From assembly GCA_963662715.1 (NCBI GenBank), contig OY759724.1:810001-842000 (forward strand): a DNA stretch of 32,000 nt, given 5' to 3'. Shown here piece after piece: positions 8,921 through 16,962 of the stretch. How positions within the stretch are numbered: the first letter of the stretch is position 1; each line of letters starts with the position of its first letter. The DNA is from Candidatus Omnitrophota bacterium. Lineage in GTDB: Bacteria; Omnitrophota; Gorgyraeia; Zapsychrales; JANLHA01. The position numbers were made by a program, and so were the translations under genes. The notes beneath the pieces are model-generated. The model was not told the DNA's origin. It ran no database searches and saw nothing but the letters and a program-made list of their open reading frames with translations.

Positions 8921-9781
8921 TCAATGCAATCGAATCTCCACCCAAACGGGAACGTGGTCACTCGCAGTCCGGTTATAAATACGATCGGCGCCAACGCTCT
9001 CCAGGCCCTTTGTAAATATTAAGTCCAGTTTAGACTTTTTATTTAACCAATACCAATGTTTATAGGTCCAGGCAAGATCATCCGTCGCCAGAAGGAATCC
9101 CGAACGCTCAAACACATCAACAATAGGCTGAAGATGATTCTGTGTATACGTATTAAAATCACCCGCGATCAGACAATGGGGGGATTCGCCCGGGACGGCA
9201 GCTAAGACAGCCACTGCCTGTTCCAGTCTTTTTTGAGGAGTCAGGATCGCGCCCAGGTGAGTCGAATAAACCAGAACCGGGGTTTCTCCGATTAATATCG
9301 TTGCTTCAACAGCAACCCGGTGCAGTTTGTACAACCGGTCCGCATCAGAATGCGGCAGATTGATCTTTCTATCCGCCAGGACAGGCCACTTGGATAAAAC
9401 GGCATTACCGAAATCACTGTTGTTCGCCGGATGAACGGCCGAGGGATAATAAACATAATTATACCCCAATATCCGAGCCACCTGAACGACAGACTCGGCC
9501 GTCATTTCCTGTAAACAGATAATATCCGCATCTTTCACCTCTTCGTTCTCTGTTAAAATCCTTACAGCTTCTTCGACCTTACGGCTCAGTTGGATATTAT
9601 AAGTCACGACTTTAATTGTTCCCGGGCTCTTCGTATTAAGAGGCGCTACATTAAAATCCGCATACCTGGGGCCATCCCCTGCCTCATAGTTTTGTACGTA
9701 CGCCAAATGCGTGCAGGACGCAAAAAACAGACAAAAGCATATAACGGCAATGCCCAAAATCCCTTTCAGTTTCACTTTCAT
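8921..9781 (-). CDS. Endonuclease/exonuclease/phosphatase (EEP) family lipoprotein
   Basis: Lipobox-like FFASC. VVTYNIQ, ADIICLQEM and the C-terminal SDHVPVWVEI are canonical EEP motifs. Confidence 0.85.
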   Translation of the reverse strand: MKVKLKGILGIAVICFCLFFASCTHLAYVQNYEAGDGPRYADFNVAPLNTKSPGTIKVVTYNIQLSRKVEEAVRILTENEEVKDADIICLQEMTAESVVQVARILGYNYVYYPSAVHPANNSDFGNAVLSKWPVLADRKINLPHSDADRLYKLHRVAVEATILIGETPVLVYSTHLGAILTPQKRLEQAVAVLAAVPGESPHCLIAGDFNTYTQNHLQPIVDVFERSGFLLATDDLAWTYKHWYWLNKKSKLDLIFTKGLESVGADRIYNRTASDHVPVWVEIRLH

Positions 9782-9896
9782 AACTCTTCATAGGCCTAAG
9801 CCATCTCTTTGATTCTCCCGGGGAACTCTGATTTACACTTTAAAACGGTCATCTATCTCTTTATCCTGAATAGTTTCAGGCTTCCCCGGACACCTG

Positions 9897-10619
9897 TTAT
9901 CTATTACGCATTTTAGATAATAGCCGTAATATCTCCATATACAGCCAAACTAAAGTCACCATGAGCCCAAAAGCTCCATACCACTCCATATACTTAGGAA
10001 CGCCTCTTCGCGATGCCTGTTCAATAAAATCAAAATCCAAGACCAAATTTAAAGCGGCAATAACCACGACAAATAAACTGAAACCAATCCCCAGAGGGCC
10101 ACTGCTGTGAATCAACGGGACATGAATGCTGAAGAAGCCCAAAACCAAACTCACGAAATAAAATAAAGCGATACCGCCGGTGGCCGCAAAAATGCCCAGC
10201 CGGAAATTATCCGTTACTGTCAACAGCCCGGACTTGTAAACCATCAACAAAGAAAATAAGGTTCCAAACGTCAGGCCTACGGCCTGCATAACGATTCCGG
10301 GATAAGCTTGTTCAAGGAACACAGATACTCCTCCCAGGAAAACTCCTTCCAGAAGGGCATAAACAGGCGCCGTTACAGGAGCCCATTCTTTATTAAAAAT
10401 CGTAAGAAGAGCGACAATAAACCCTCCGATCAAAGCCGGCCAGGCGAATGAAACAAAACGAATTGGATGAGCCCAGGCCCAGCTTGCGCTGAAAAAGATA
10501 AGAAAAAGAAGAATAAAACTCTTGTTTACTGTACCCTGTATTGTCATAACCTGATTCGTGTCGTATGATGTGACGCTGTTGAAGACATCACCTGATAAGG
10601 CAGGATTTCCTGTACGCAT
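9897..10619 (-). CDS. Bax inhibitor-1/YccA family membrane protein
   Basis: Starts MRTGNPALSGDVF, typical of this family, and has 7 predicted TM helices. GGAGG lies about 9 nt upstream of the ATG at 10619, so I trim the track start at 10688. Confidence 0.85.
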   Translation of the reverse strand: MRTGNPALSGDVFNSVTSYDTNQVMTIQGTVNKSFILLFLIFFSASWAWAHPIRFVSFAWPALIGGFIVALLTIFNKEWAPVTAPVYALLEGVFLGGVSVFLEQAYPGIVMQAVGLTFGTLFSLLMVYKSGLLTVTDNFRLGIFAATGGIALFYFVSLVLGFFSIHVPLIHSSGPLGIGFSLFVVVIAALNLVLDFDFIEQASRRGVPKYMEWYGAFGLMVTLVWLYMEILRLLSKMRNR

Positions 10620-10715
10620 CTCAACTCCCCTCCTTTTTTCCAAGTCTAAAGTTATGAATAACCGGGCCTCCGGAACGGCCGACAACACCGGCCTTACGGC
10701 GTCCTCCGGACCCCG

Positions 10716-11540
10716 TTAATTCGGTTTATAATATTTCATAGCTTCCGGGATATGGGCCAAAATGTTTTGAATACGGGTCTTATCGGAAGGATGTGTGCTC
10801 AAAAACTCCGGCAAGGAAGAACCATCCTTTTGTTGAGACATCCTCTCCCAAAATGCCACCGCCCGGGCAGGATCATACCCGGCCATAGCCATAAATATCA
10901 AACCCAGCCGGTCCGCCTCATTTTCATGAAGCCGGCTGTAAGGCAGTATCACGCCGAACTCGGCTCCGACACCAAAAGCCGTCATCCAAAGAGCCCTGGT
11001 TTCTTCCGGTTTGCTTTCCAATGCTTTTGAAAGGGCCATCCCCCCCATCCCGGCAAGCAGGCTATGGCTCATCCGTTCATCCCCATGCCGGGCAATGGCG
11101 TGGGCTATCTCGTGAGACAAAACAACCGCCAATCCATTCTCATCCTGCGTTGTCGGAAGAAGTCCGGTATAAACAACAACCTTTCCTCCCGGCATGGCCC
11201 AGGCATTCGCTTGTTCGTTTTCTATAAGATTAAACTCCCAATCATAGCCATTAAGCCGGGAAGACATATTATTGTCTATCATATAATCTTCAACAGCCCT
11301 TTGAATCTTTGCCCCGACAGATTGCACCATTTTTATCTGAGATTGATTGGTGCTGAGTTTATGGTCTTTCAGGAAATCATCATATTGCTGGTAGCTCATT
11401 GAAAGCATTGTTCTTGTAGGGATTAAATCAAGCTGGGTCCTCCCTGTTAAAGGAACCGTAGCGCAGGATAATCCCAAGGCCCCGAATATGACAGCATAAA
11501 AGAAAAATTTCGTTCTTTTTCTTATAAGAAATTTCTTCAT
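10716..11540 (-). CDS. M48 family zinc metalloprotease lipoprotein
   Basis: Lipobox GLSCAT. HEIAHAIARH (HExxH) and a downstream E in NEADRLG. Confidence 0.9.
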   Translation of the reverse strand: MKKFLIRKRTKFFFYAVIFGALGLSCATVPLTGRTQLDLIPTRTMLSMSYQQYDDFLKDHKLSTNQSQIKMVQSVGAKIQRAVEDYMIDNNMSSRLNGYDWEFNLIENEQANAWAMPGGKVVVYTGLLPTTQDENGLAVVLSHEIAHAIARHGDERMSHSLLAGMGGMALSKALESKPEETRALWMTAFGVGAEFGVILPYSRLHENEADRLGLIFMAMAGYDPARAVAFWERMSQQKDGSSLPEFLSTHPSDKTRIQNILAHIPEAMKYYKPN

Positions 11541-11885
11541 ATAAAATTATTTCCTTATTATATTCCCCTGTCCATCTCTTCAAGGTTAAAAGTGTTGATT
11601 ATATCATAACATAGATTTTTATTATAGTACTGACGGTTCTGTTATTCAACTCTTCCGCAGGCAGGGAGCTTTACGCCGTAAGTCATTGAAACATAATATT
11701 CCAGCCATCCTCCTTATCCGGAAAAAGGCCTTCATGCATGAAAAAATTATCCCTGCCAAACAGCCGATACGAAAAATTTATGTCAGGAGCAACAATTTCG
11801 TTTTGCTTTTTAACTAAATATATTTTATTATTATACAGTCGAAGATTGAAAGAATTTATTGAAAAAACGCCTACAGGAGTTCAAT

Positions 11886-13583
11886 ATGCGCAAAATATCA
11901 TTAATTGTCATTTTCCTCCTATTATGGGGAACAAATCTGTCCTATGCAGAATCTGTGGTCTTAAAAAGCGGGATGTTTGTGACGGGAGAGCTCATTGAAA
12001 AAACCGACGAATATGTAAAAATTGATACAGGCAAATCTGTCCTAAAAATTCCTTTCAGCCGGATGGATGAAGACAGTGAAATCGCTTACAGAGCCCTTCC
12101 CGACAAAAAGGCTGAGCCCAAAGAACTGCTTCTGTATAAAGGGAGAGCCTACACCAAAGAACAAGTCGATGAAGAGAGCATTTTAAAGAAAGCCCTGTTA
12201 AGATATCAGGACATGTCATCTTTTCAGTGTAACGGAGCCGGGATATCGAGCACCGATCATAGGACAGAGATCACGACAGGCCAAAGATATATATCCGTCA
12301 AGTTTCAACGCCCCAACTACTATCTTATTGTCGATAAAATAACAGACTCCTTTTTCGGCAAGGACACCCGCGTTGCCTGGTCTAACGGAGAAGGGATATA
12401 TTATTATCGGGGGAAAAAGGATAAACAGTATCAGTTCCCGACGGATTCTATGGCTTTAATGGGGATCGGCTATATAAAGGTGCTGTATCAATTTTTTCAA
12501 GGATGCGGCAACCTTAAGACTCAGGCCGGGCAACCTGCTCCTGCCGCGGGGGTCGCGGCAAAAACGAAAGGCACCGCCAGCCCCGGGGAAACCGGGAAAA
12601 CTTCCGAGGAGAAGGCCGAAGCAAAGACCGGGGCTCCCCAGGAAACAAAGCCTCTCGAAGAAACAAAAAACGACACACCTCCCGCCCAGACAGCAGCAGG
12701 AGAGAAAAAGCCTTCTGCCCCGGGACCAACCTGCGAATTAATTAAAGAGTTTAAATATTTTGGCAGCATGGCTCTGCTGGGAGAACCATGCTATCTTTTT
12801 AAACAGGAATTGCCAACGGGTTCTTACCTGATCTGGATATCCAAGGAAAGAAGCCTAATATTGAGAATGGATTTTGAATTTAAAGGACGCCCAGACGAAT
12901 TCTTCGCCCGAAGCATCGGGCTCAATGACATCAATGATGTGTTTAAAGCCCTGCAGATGGACGTAACCTTAGAAAACCAAAAAACAATCCGCAAGGCGAT
13001 CAAAGAAATTCACCGCATAAAATGGGGGTTCCCGCATACAACCTATGCGGAAATCACGTTTGATAATATTGAGTTCAACAAAGATCTTCAGCCGAAAAAG
13101 TTTAAGTACTATATCCCGGAAGAAACAGTCTGTGAATCGCTGAAAGACTTTCACGGGAGGCTGGAGCCGGAAAAGATAAAAGCGGAAAAAAAGAGACTCA
13201 AAAAAGAGGAAAAAGAGAAAAATAAAGATAAAAATAAATTTGTCAAGGAAATAGAAGCCACAGCAAAAGAATTGGAGAAAAAAGAAGCCAAGGAAAAAGC
13301 CGCTGAAGAGAAAAAGCTGAAAAAAGAGGAGGAAAAAAGGAAAAAAGAGGAAGAGGCTTTTAGGAAAGAAATAGAAGCCGTAGCGCAAGATTTCGAAGAT
13401 AAAGAGAATGGGAATGAAGCCACAGCAAAAGAATTGGAAAAAAAAGAAGCCAAGAAAAAAGCCGCTGAAGAGAAAAGGCTGAAAAAAGAGGAGGAAAAAA
13501 GGAAGAAAGAGGAAGAGGCTTTCAGGAAAGAAATAGAAGCCGCGGTGAAAGAATTCGAAGAAAAAGAAAATGAAGCGAAGTAG
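11886..13583 (+). CDS. Secreted protein with a central Pro/Ala-rich linker and a C-terminal Lys/Glu-rich helical repeat region
   Basis: The ATG at 11886 follows AGGAG and gives the signal peptide MRKISLIVIFLLLWGTNLSYA. Low-complexity segment QAGQPAPAAGVAAKTKGTASPGETGKTSEEKAEAKTGAPQETKP... The last ~140 aa are almost only K/E/A/R. The track start at 11859 is less likely. Confidence 0.8.
   Translation: MRKISLIVIFLLLWGTNLSYAESVVLKSGMFVTGELIEKTDEYVKIDTGKSVLKIPFSRMDEDSEIAYRALPDKKAEPKELLLYKGRAYTKEQVDEESILKKALLRYQDMSSFQCNGAGISSTDHRTEITTGQRYISVKFQRPNYYLIVDKITDSFFGKDTRVAWSNGEGIYYYRGKKDKQYQFPTDSMALMGIGYIKVLYQFFQGCGNLKTQAGQPAPAAGVAAKTKGTASPGETGKTSEEKAEAKTGAPQETKPLEETKNDTPPAQTAAGEKKPSAPGPTCELIKEFKYFGSMALLGEPCYLFKQELPTGSYLIWISKERSLILRMDFEFKGRPDEFFARSIGLNDINDVFKALQMDVTLENQKTIRKAIKEIHRIKWGFPHTTYAEITFDNIEFNKDLQPKKFKYYIPEETVCESLKDFHGRLEPEKIKAEKKRLKKEEKEKNKDKNKFVKEIEATAKELEKKEAKEKAAEEKKLKKEEEKRKKEEEAFRKEIEAVAQDFEDKENGNEATAKELEKKEAKKKAAEEKRLKKEEEKRKKEEEAFRKEIEAAVKEFEEKENEAK
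13257..13580 (+). repeat. Two tandem copies of a 162-bp (54-codon) in-frame repeat inside the Lys/Glu-rich tail
   Basis: Copy A is 13257-13418 and copy B is 13419-13580. The first ~123 nt differ at only 5 positions (ATAKELEKKEAKEKAAEEKKLKKEEEKRKKEEEAFRKEIEA vs ATAKELEKKEAKKKAAEEKRLKKEEEKRKKEEEAFRKEIEA). Confidence 0.9.
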
Positions 13584-13678
13584 CCGTGCCCCTCTTCCCT
13601 TAAACTCTTCTATTCCAAAAATTCAAGCCGTGACGGAAGCGGCGGGACACAGGTAGGGCCGCCGCCCGGCAGAATGAT

Positions 13679-14902
13679 TTACGACCCGGAACACACGCCT
13701 GCCTGCGTCTCAAAAATATGGCTTTTTCGAAAAGCCGCATCATTCATCCGGCAGGACGGAGAAAAATCAGCAAACGCCAAATCCTGAATCATCCTATTCC
13801 AAACAACAGAAAGCTTTTCTTCTTTGAGGTTCCCGTAATAACGCGGCATAAAATCACAAGGGCTCACACGCCCGTCTCCCCGGATATGCATCATAATCGT
13901 GCCGGCCGGGCAGCCTTGCACGCAAGGGTAAGCCAGTTTAAAAAGCATGCTTTCATGAATGATATTGGGATACTCCTTCTTTGGGGAAAAATGTTCCATA
14001 ACATCAGAAATAGTCTTTCTTTCCGAATCGCTCAAAATCACCTGATCTTCATCGAGCAAGGTTCCGGTCGCCACAACATCTAGAATAAAAATCTCAAAAA
14101 CATCCAAATCCTTTCCGATTTCGATAATGTTCAGCAAATCACGGTCAACAAGCCCTTCTTTCGTACAAACGGTGGAAATACCGACCGGGATATTATTACG
14201 CTTACAGTTTTCAATAGCCTCTATAGCCTTTCTGTAAAGCCCCGGCCGCTGTCTATTCAAATCATGCTTTTCCGGTGAAGAAGAATCCAGGCTGACAAAA
14301 ATGCCGTAAACCTGACTGTCGGCCAATTCTTTGGCTTTATCGGCCGTTAAGTATTCTCCGTTCGTAAAGATAGTGAACGTCGCTTTCTTTTTATCCAATC
14401 CCCGGATGATTTCAGGAAGGTCTTTTCTCAGAATAGGTTCCCCTCCCCCCAAAACAAACGTGGTCGTTCCCATGTCCGTAGCCTGCTTCATGCAGTCCAT
14501 AATCTGTTCTTTAGACATATAATCAGCCGCCGTTATGTCCCGGTAATGATCCGAACAACAATGTGAACACCTGCATTGACATTCATAATTAAACGCCAGG
14601 CTCACGATATGAGGTGTACGCGAGCCCCACTTAACAATCTGCTTATGTTCTATGACCGTTCCCGGAGCGACCATATCATGGAACAAAAAACGCATCCGTC
14701 TTCGGCCGACAGGGGAATTCACGGCCGGAGACAAAAGGCTGAAAATCGTCTGGCCGTCTCTTTTGAGCGTTCTTGCGTCCTTCACCGCATCAAAAGTAAT
14801 GTCGCGGTACTGCTTGATCATAGAGCTGGCGAGCTTCATCTTCCAGTTGATCGGCCCTTTGTTATTTTCGATACAAAAAGATCCCTGGTCAGGATGCGTC
14901 AT
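13679..14902 (-). CDS. Radical SAM enzyme with a Twitch / partial-SPASM C-terminal domain and a ~100-aa N-terminal extension
   Basis: CQCRCSHC (CxxxCxxC) at residues 108-115, and a GGGEP SAM-binding motif. C-terminal CPAGTIMMHIRGDGRVSPC fits C-x12-G-x4-C. GGGGAGG RBS. Overlaps the upstream ATPase gene by 14 nt. Confidence 0.85.
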   Translation of the reverse strand: MTHPDQGSFCIENNKGPINWKMKLASSMIKQYRDITFDAVKDARTLKRDGQTIFSLLSPAVNSPVGRRRMRFLFHDMVAPGTVIEHKQIVKWGSRTPHIVSLAFNYECQCRCSHCCSDHYRDITAADYMSKEQIMDCMKQATDMGTTTFVLGGGEPILRKDLPEIIRGLDKKKATFTIFTNGEYLTADKAKELADSQVYGIFVSLDSSSPEKHDLNRQRPGLYRKAIEAIENCKRNNIPVGISTVCTKEGLVDRDLLNIIEIGKDLDVFEIFILDVVATGTLLDEDQVILSDSERKTISDVMEHFSPKKEYPNIIHESMLFKLAYPCVQGCPAGTIMMHIRGDGRVSPCDFMPRYYGNLKEEKLSVVWNRMIQDLAFADFSPSCRMNDAAFRKSHIFETQAGVCSGS

Positions 14903-15581
14903 TTTCTACCTCCCCGTCTTTTATATGTATTATTCTTCGGGCGTACCCGGCGACTTGGCTTTCGTGCGTCACGAGAATGATCGTGCTTTTTCTTGTCTCA
15001 TTCAATTCTTTCAGGAAATCCATGACAAGGGCCGAATTCTCAGAATCGAGATTCCCCGTTGGCTCGTCCGCCAAAATCAGCGGCGGGTCATTCATGAGCG
15101 CCCGGGCAATACAGACACGCTGCCTTTCCCCGGCAGAAAGCAGATTGACCGGATTATTCTGTTTAGACTCGAGCTGAACTGTTTTAAGCAAAGACACGGC
15201 TTTCCCGACCCTTTCTTCCTCCATCCAAAGCGTGTTGACAAAGGGCAGTAAAACATTTTCCAGCACACTAAAATGAGGATACAGATAAAAGTCCTGAAAG
15301 ACATATCCGATGTTTTCCCTGCGGTAAACCGCCTTGCTTCCATAGGTGTCGAGAGGGCGGCCGCAGAAGAATATTTTTCCCGTTGTCGGCTCAACTAAGC
15401 CGGCCACAATATTTAAAAAAGTCGTCTTTCCGCTGCCGCTCGCTCCCTGCAGACAGACGAACTCCCCGGCAAAAATCGTGAGATCAACATTTTTTAAAGC
15501 TGTTGTCTGGGTCTTGGGATAAGATTTACACACATCAACAGCGCAGAGGCATGGCGGATGTTCTGAGGATTGACTATTCAT
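14889..15581 (-). CDS. ABC transporter ATP-binding protein (MacB/LolD-type)
   Basis: Walker A GASGSGKTT, signature LSAGERQR, Walker B LILADEPTGNLD, and H-loop VTHE. GAGGTGA RBS. Confidence 0.95.
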   Translation of the reverse strand: MNSQSSEHPPCLCAVDVCKSYPKTQTTALKNVDLTIFAGEFVCLQGASGSGKTTFLNIVAGLVEPTTGKIFFCGRPLDTYGSKAVYRRENIGYVFQDFYLYPHFSVLENVLLPFVNTLWMEEERVGKAVSLLKTVQLESKQNNPVNLLSAGERQRVCIARALMNDPPLILADEPTGNLDSENSALVMDFLKELNETRKSTIILVTHESQVAGYARRIIHIKDGEVENDAS

Positions 15582-16692
15582 TTTTTATCACCTCAACCGG
15601 GCTGTAATTCATAAGAATAACTGTCGGACCGATAATCGCAAAGAACGCGATTCCGCATATCAAACTGATGATTTTCACGAAGAAAAACACTGACAAAGAC
15701 GGGGTCAAAACGGAAATATCCGTCATCTGAAAGACGCAGGCCGTTAATTTCACACCTAAAAACGTTCCGAGGACTCCACCCAGGAGAACGATCAGCAATG
15801 ATTCCAATAAAAAGAAAAACGCGACTTCGTATTTCTGCCAGCCGACTGTGAGCAACAAGGACAAAAACCGTATTTTCTCCAAAAAAATTGTCAACATGAT
15901 GTTGGAAACACCGAACGTGATAGCGATGGTCATGATAATCGTAATGAGATAGGACATTTTCTCCCCCATCATGATATGCTTTGTCTTCTCAGCAATAAAA
16001 AAATCCGCTTTCTGCGCGCTGACCTGAGGGAATTCTGACTCGACTTTCGTTATAAAATCATTTATAGCTCGATCATTACGGTATTTCTTTTTTAAACGGA
16101 TATTAATTAAAGTTACCTTCCCGGTCTTTTTCTTGAGTTTTTGCAGAGCACTCAAAGGCATAATAATCGATCCCCGTTCAAAGGAATTAGAGCTCGTAAA
16201 CGTTCCGGAGACGGAAAACGTCCTTCTTTGAATCCTGAAGGTCTCCCCTGCGGTTTTACCAATATTATCGGCAATCAGGTCGCCGATTAAAATTTCCGGG
16301 CCGTCACTGGCCAGGAGACGACCTTTTTTCATCTGCAGATCTTCATATAAAAAAGAAGATCGTTCCCAGCCGAAAAGAGGGATATAGGTGCGCTTCAATT
16401 TCGTGAAGGATATCAGGGCAGGGGCGGTATTCTCTATTTCAGCAAACCCCTTGAGTTCGTCGAGCAAGGACTGCTCCAGTTCACTGGCCAAAAGGCTCAA
16501 CTGATCCCCTTCCACAAGAACGATGTCCGTTTCCCTTCTCTTATAAAGATCACTAAAGGACGTTTTCAGGCTGTCAGCAATACCCAGCATAATAATACAA
16601 GCAGAAATCCCCAGGCCGATACCTAAAATAGCGACAAACAGACGAATTTTATTGGTCAATAAATCTTTAACTGTAAAAGTGATAAAATTCAT
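15574..16692 (-). CDS. ABC transporter permease, FtsX/MacB-like
   Basis: N-terminal TM helix, a ~220-aa periplasmic domain, then three C-terminal TM helices (FtsX topology). Overlaps the ATPase gene by 8 nt. Confidence 0.9.
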   Translation of the reverse strand: MNFITFTVKDLLTNKIRLFVAILGIGLGISACIIMLGIADSLKTSFSDLYKRRETDIVLVEGDQLSLLASELEQSLLDELKGFAEIENTAPALISFTKLKRTYIPLFGWERSSFLYEDLQMKKGRLLASDGPEILIGDLIADNIGKTAGETFRIQRRTFSVSGTFTSSNSFERGSIIMPLSALQKLKKKTGKVTLINIRLKKKYRNDRAINDFITKVESEFPQVSAQKADFFIAEKTKHIMMGEKMSYLITIIMTIAITFGVSNIMLTIFLEKIRFLSLLLTVGWQKYEVAFFFLLESLLIVLLGGVLGTFLGVKLTACVFQMTDISVLTPSLSVFFFVKIISLICGIAFFAIIGPTVILMNYSPVEVIKNE

Positions 16693-16738
16693 AAAAGAGG
16701 GGTCTATTCCTTTATGGTATGAGTAGATGTATATTAAT

Positions 16739-16766
16739 ATTCTAGCGAATACGGATAAATTTGCAA
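16739..16766 (-). promoter_or_regulatory. Sigma70-like promoter of the permease-ATPase-radical SAM operon
   Basis: The minus strand reads TTGCAA (16766-16761), a 16-nt spacer, then TAGAAT (16744-16739). The -10 ends 47 nt upstream of the permease ATG. Confidence 0.5.
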
Positions 16767-16962
16767 GCTATCCCCAAACTTATCTCTCTTTCACCAGACA
16801 AGACAATTTTGAAACAAAACCGGAAAGCCGCTTCCAGGAAAAACACGAAATTTTTCCTGACCTAAAGTCTAAATTGTCAAATTCTGAACCTTTCCCTTTC
16901 AATCCGTTCTTTTTTCGCTAAAATGTCTTTATCCGCACATTTTATCGTTGAGGGAGATATAT

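Noticed and set aside
11690-11998. 86-aa plus-strand ORF 11738-11998, and a 20-codon minus-strand ORF directly abutting an AAGGAGG at about 11715.
   Set aside because: The plus-strand ORF is out of frame with, and overlaps, the well-supported start at 11886. The minus-strand ORF has zero spacing between SD and ATG.
12514-13453. Minus-strand ORFs (12514-12769, 12969-13388, 13151-13453) with Phe/Leu/Ser-rich products.
   Set aside because: They are the complement of the GAA/AAG-rich and Pro/Ala-rich coding sequence of the plus-strand gene. The composition is an artefact of the repeat.
14331-15394. Plus-strand ORFs 14331-14522, 14576-14980, 14652-15251 and 14977-15177, and minus-strand ORF 15092-15394.
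   Set aside because: They are antisense or out of frame to the radical SAM and ABC ATPase genes, which carry unambiguous catalytic motifs.
16780-16902. TTG-initiated 40-codon minus-strand ORF (LKGKGSEFDNLDFRSGKISCFSWKRLSGFVSKLSCLVKER), considered as a possible radical SAM precursor peptide. Also the 9-bp perfect hairpin caggaaaaa/tttttcctg at 16835-16859 inside it.
   Set aside because: It has no RBS and a non-ATG start, and it lies upstream of the predicted operon promoter (16739-16766), so it would not be co-transcribed. The hairpin has no U-tract and no clear role.
16727-16921. 64-aa plus-strand ORF in the divergent intergenic region.
   Set aside because: It has no RBS and overlaps promoter elements of both flanking operons. 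The product has no features.
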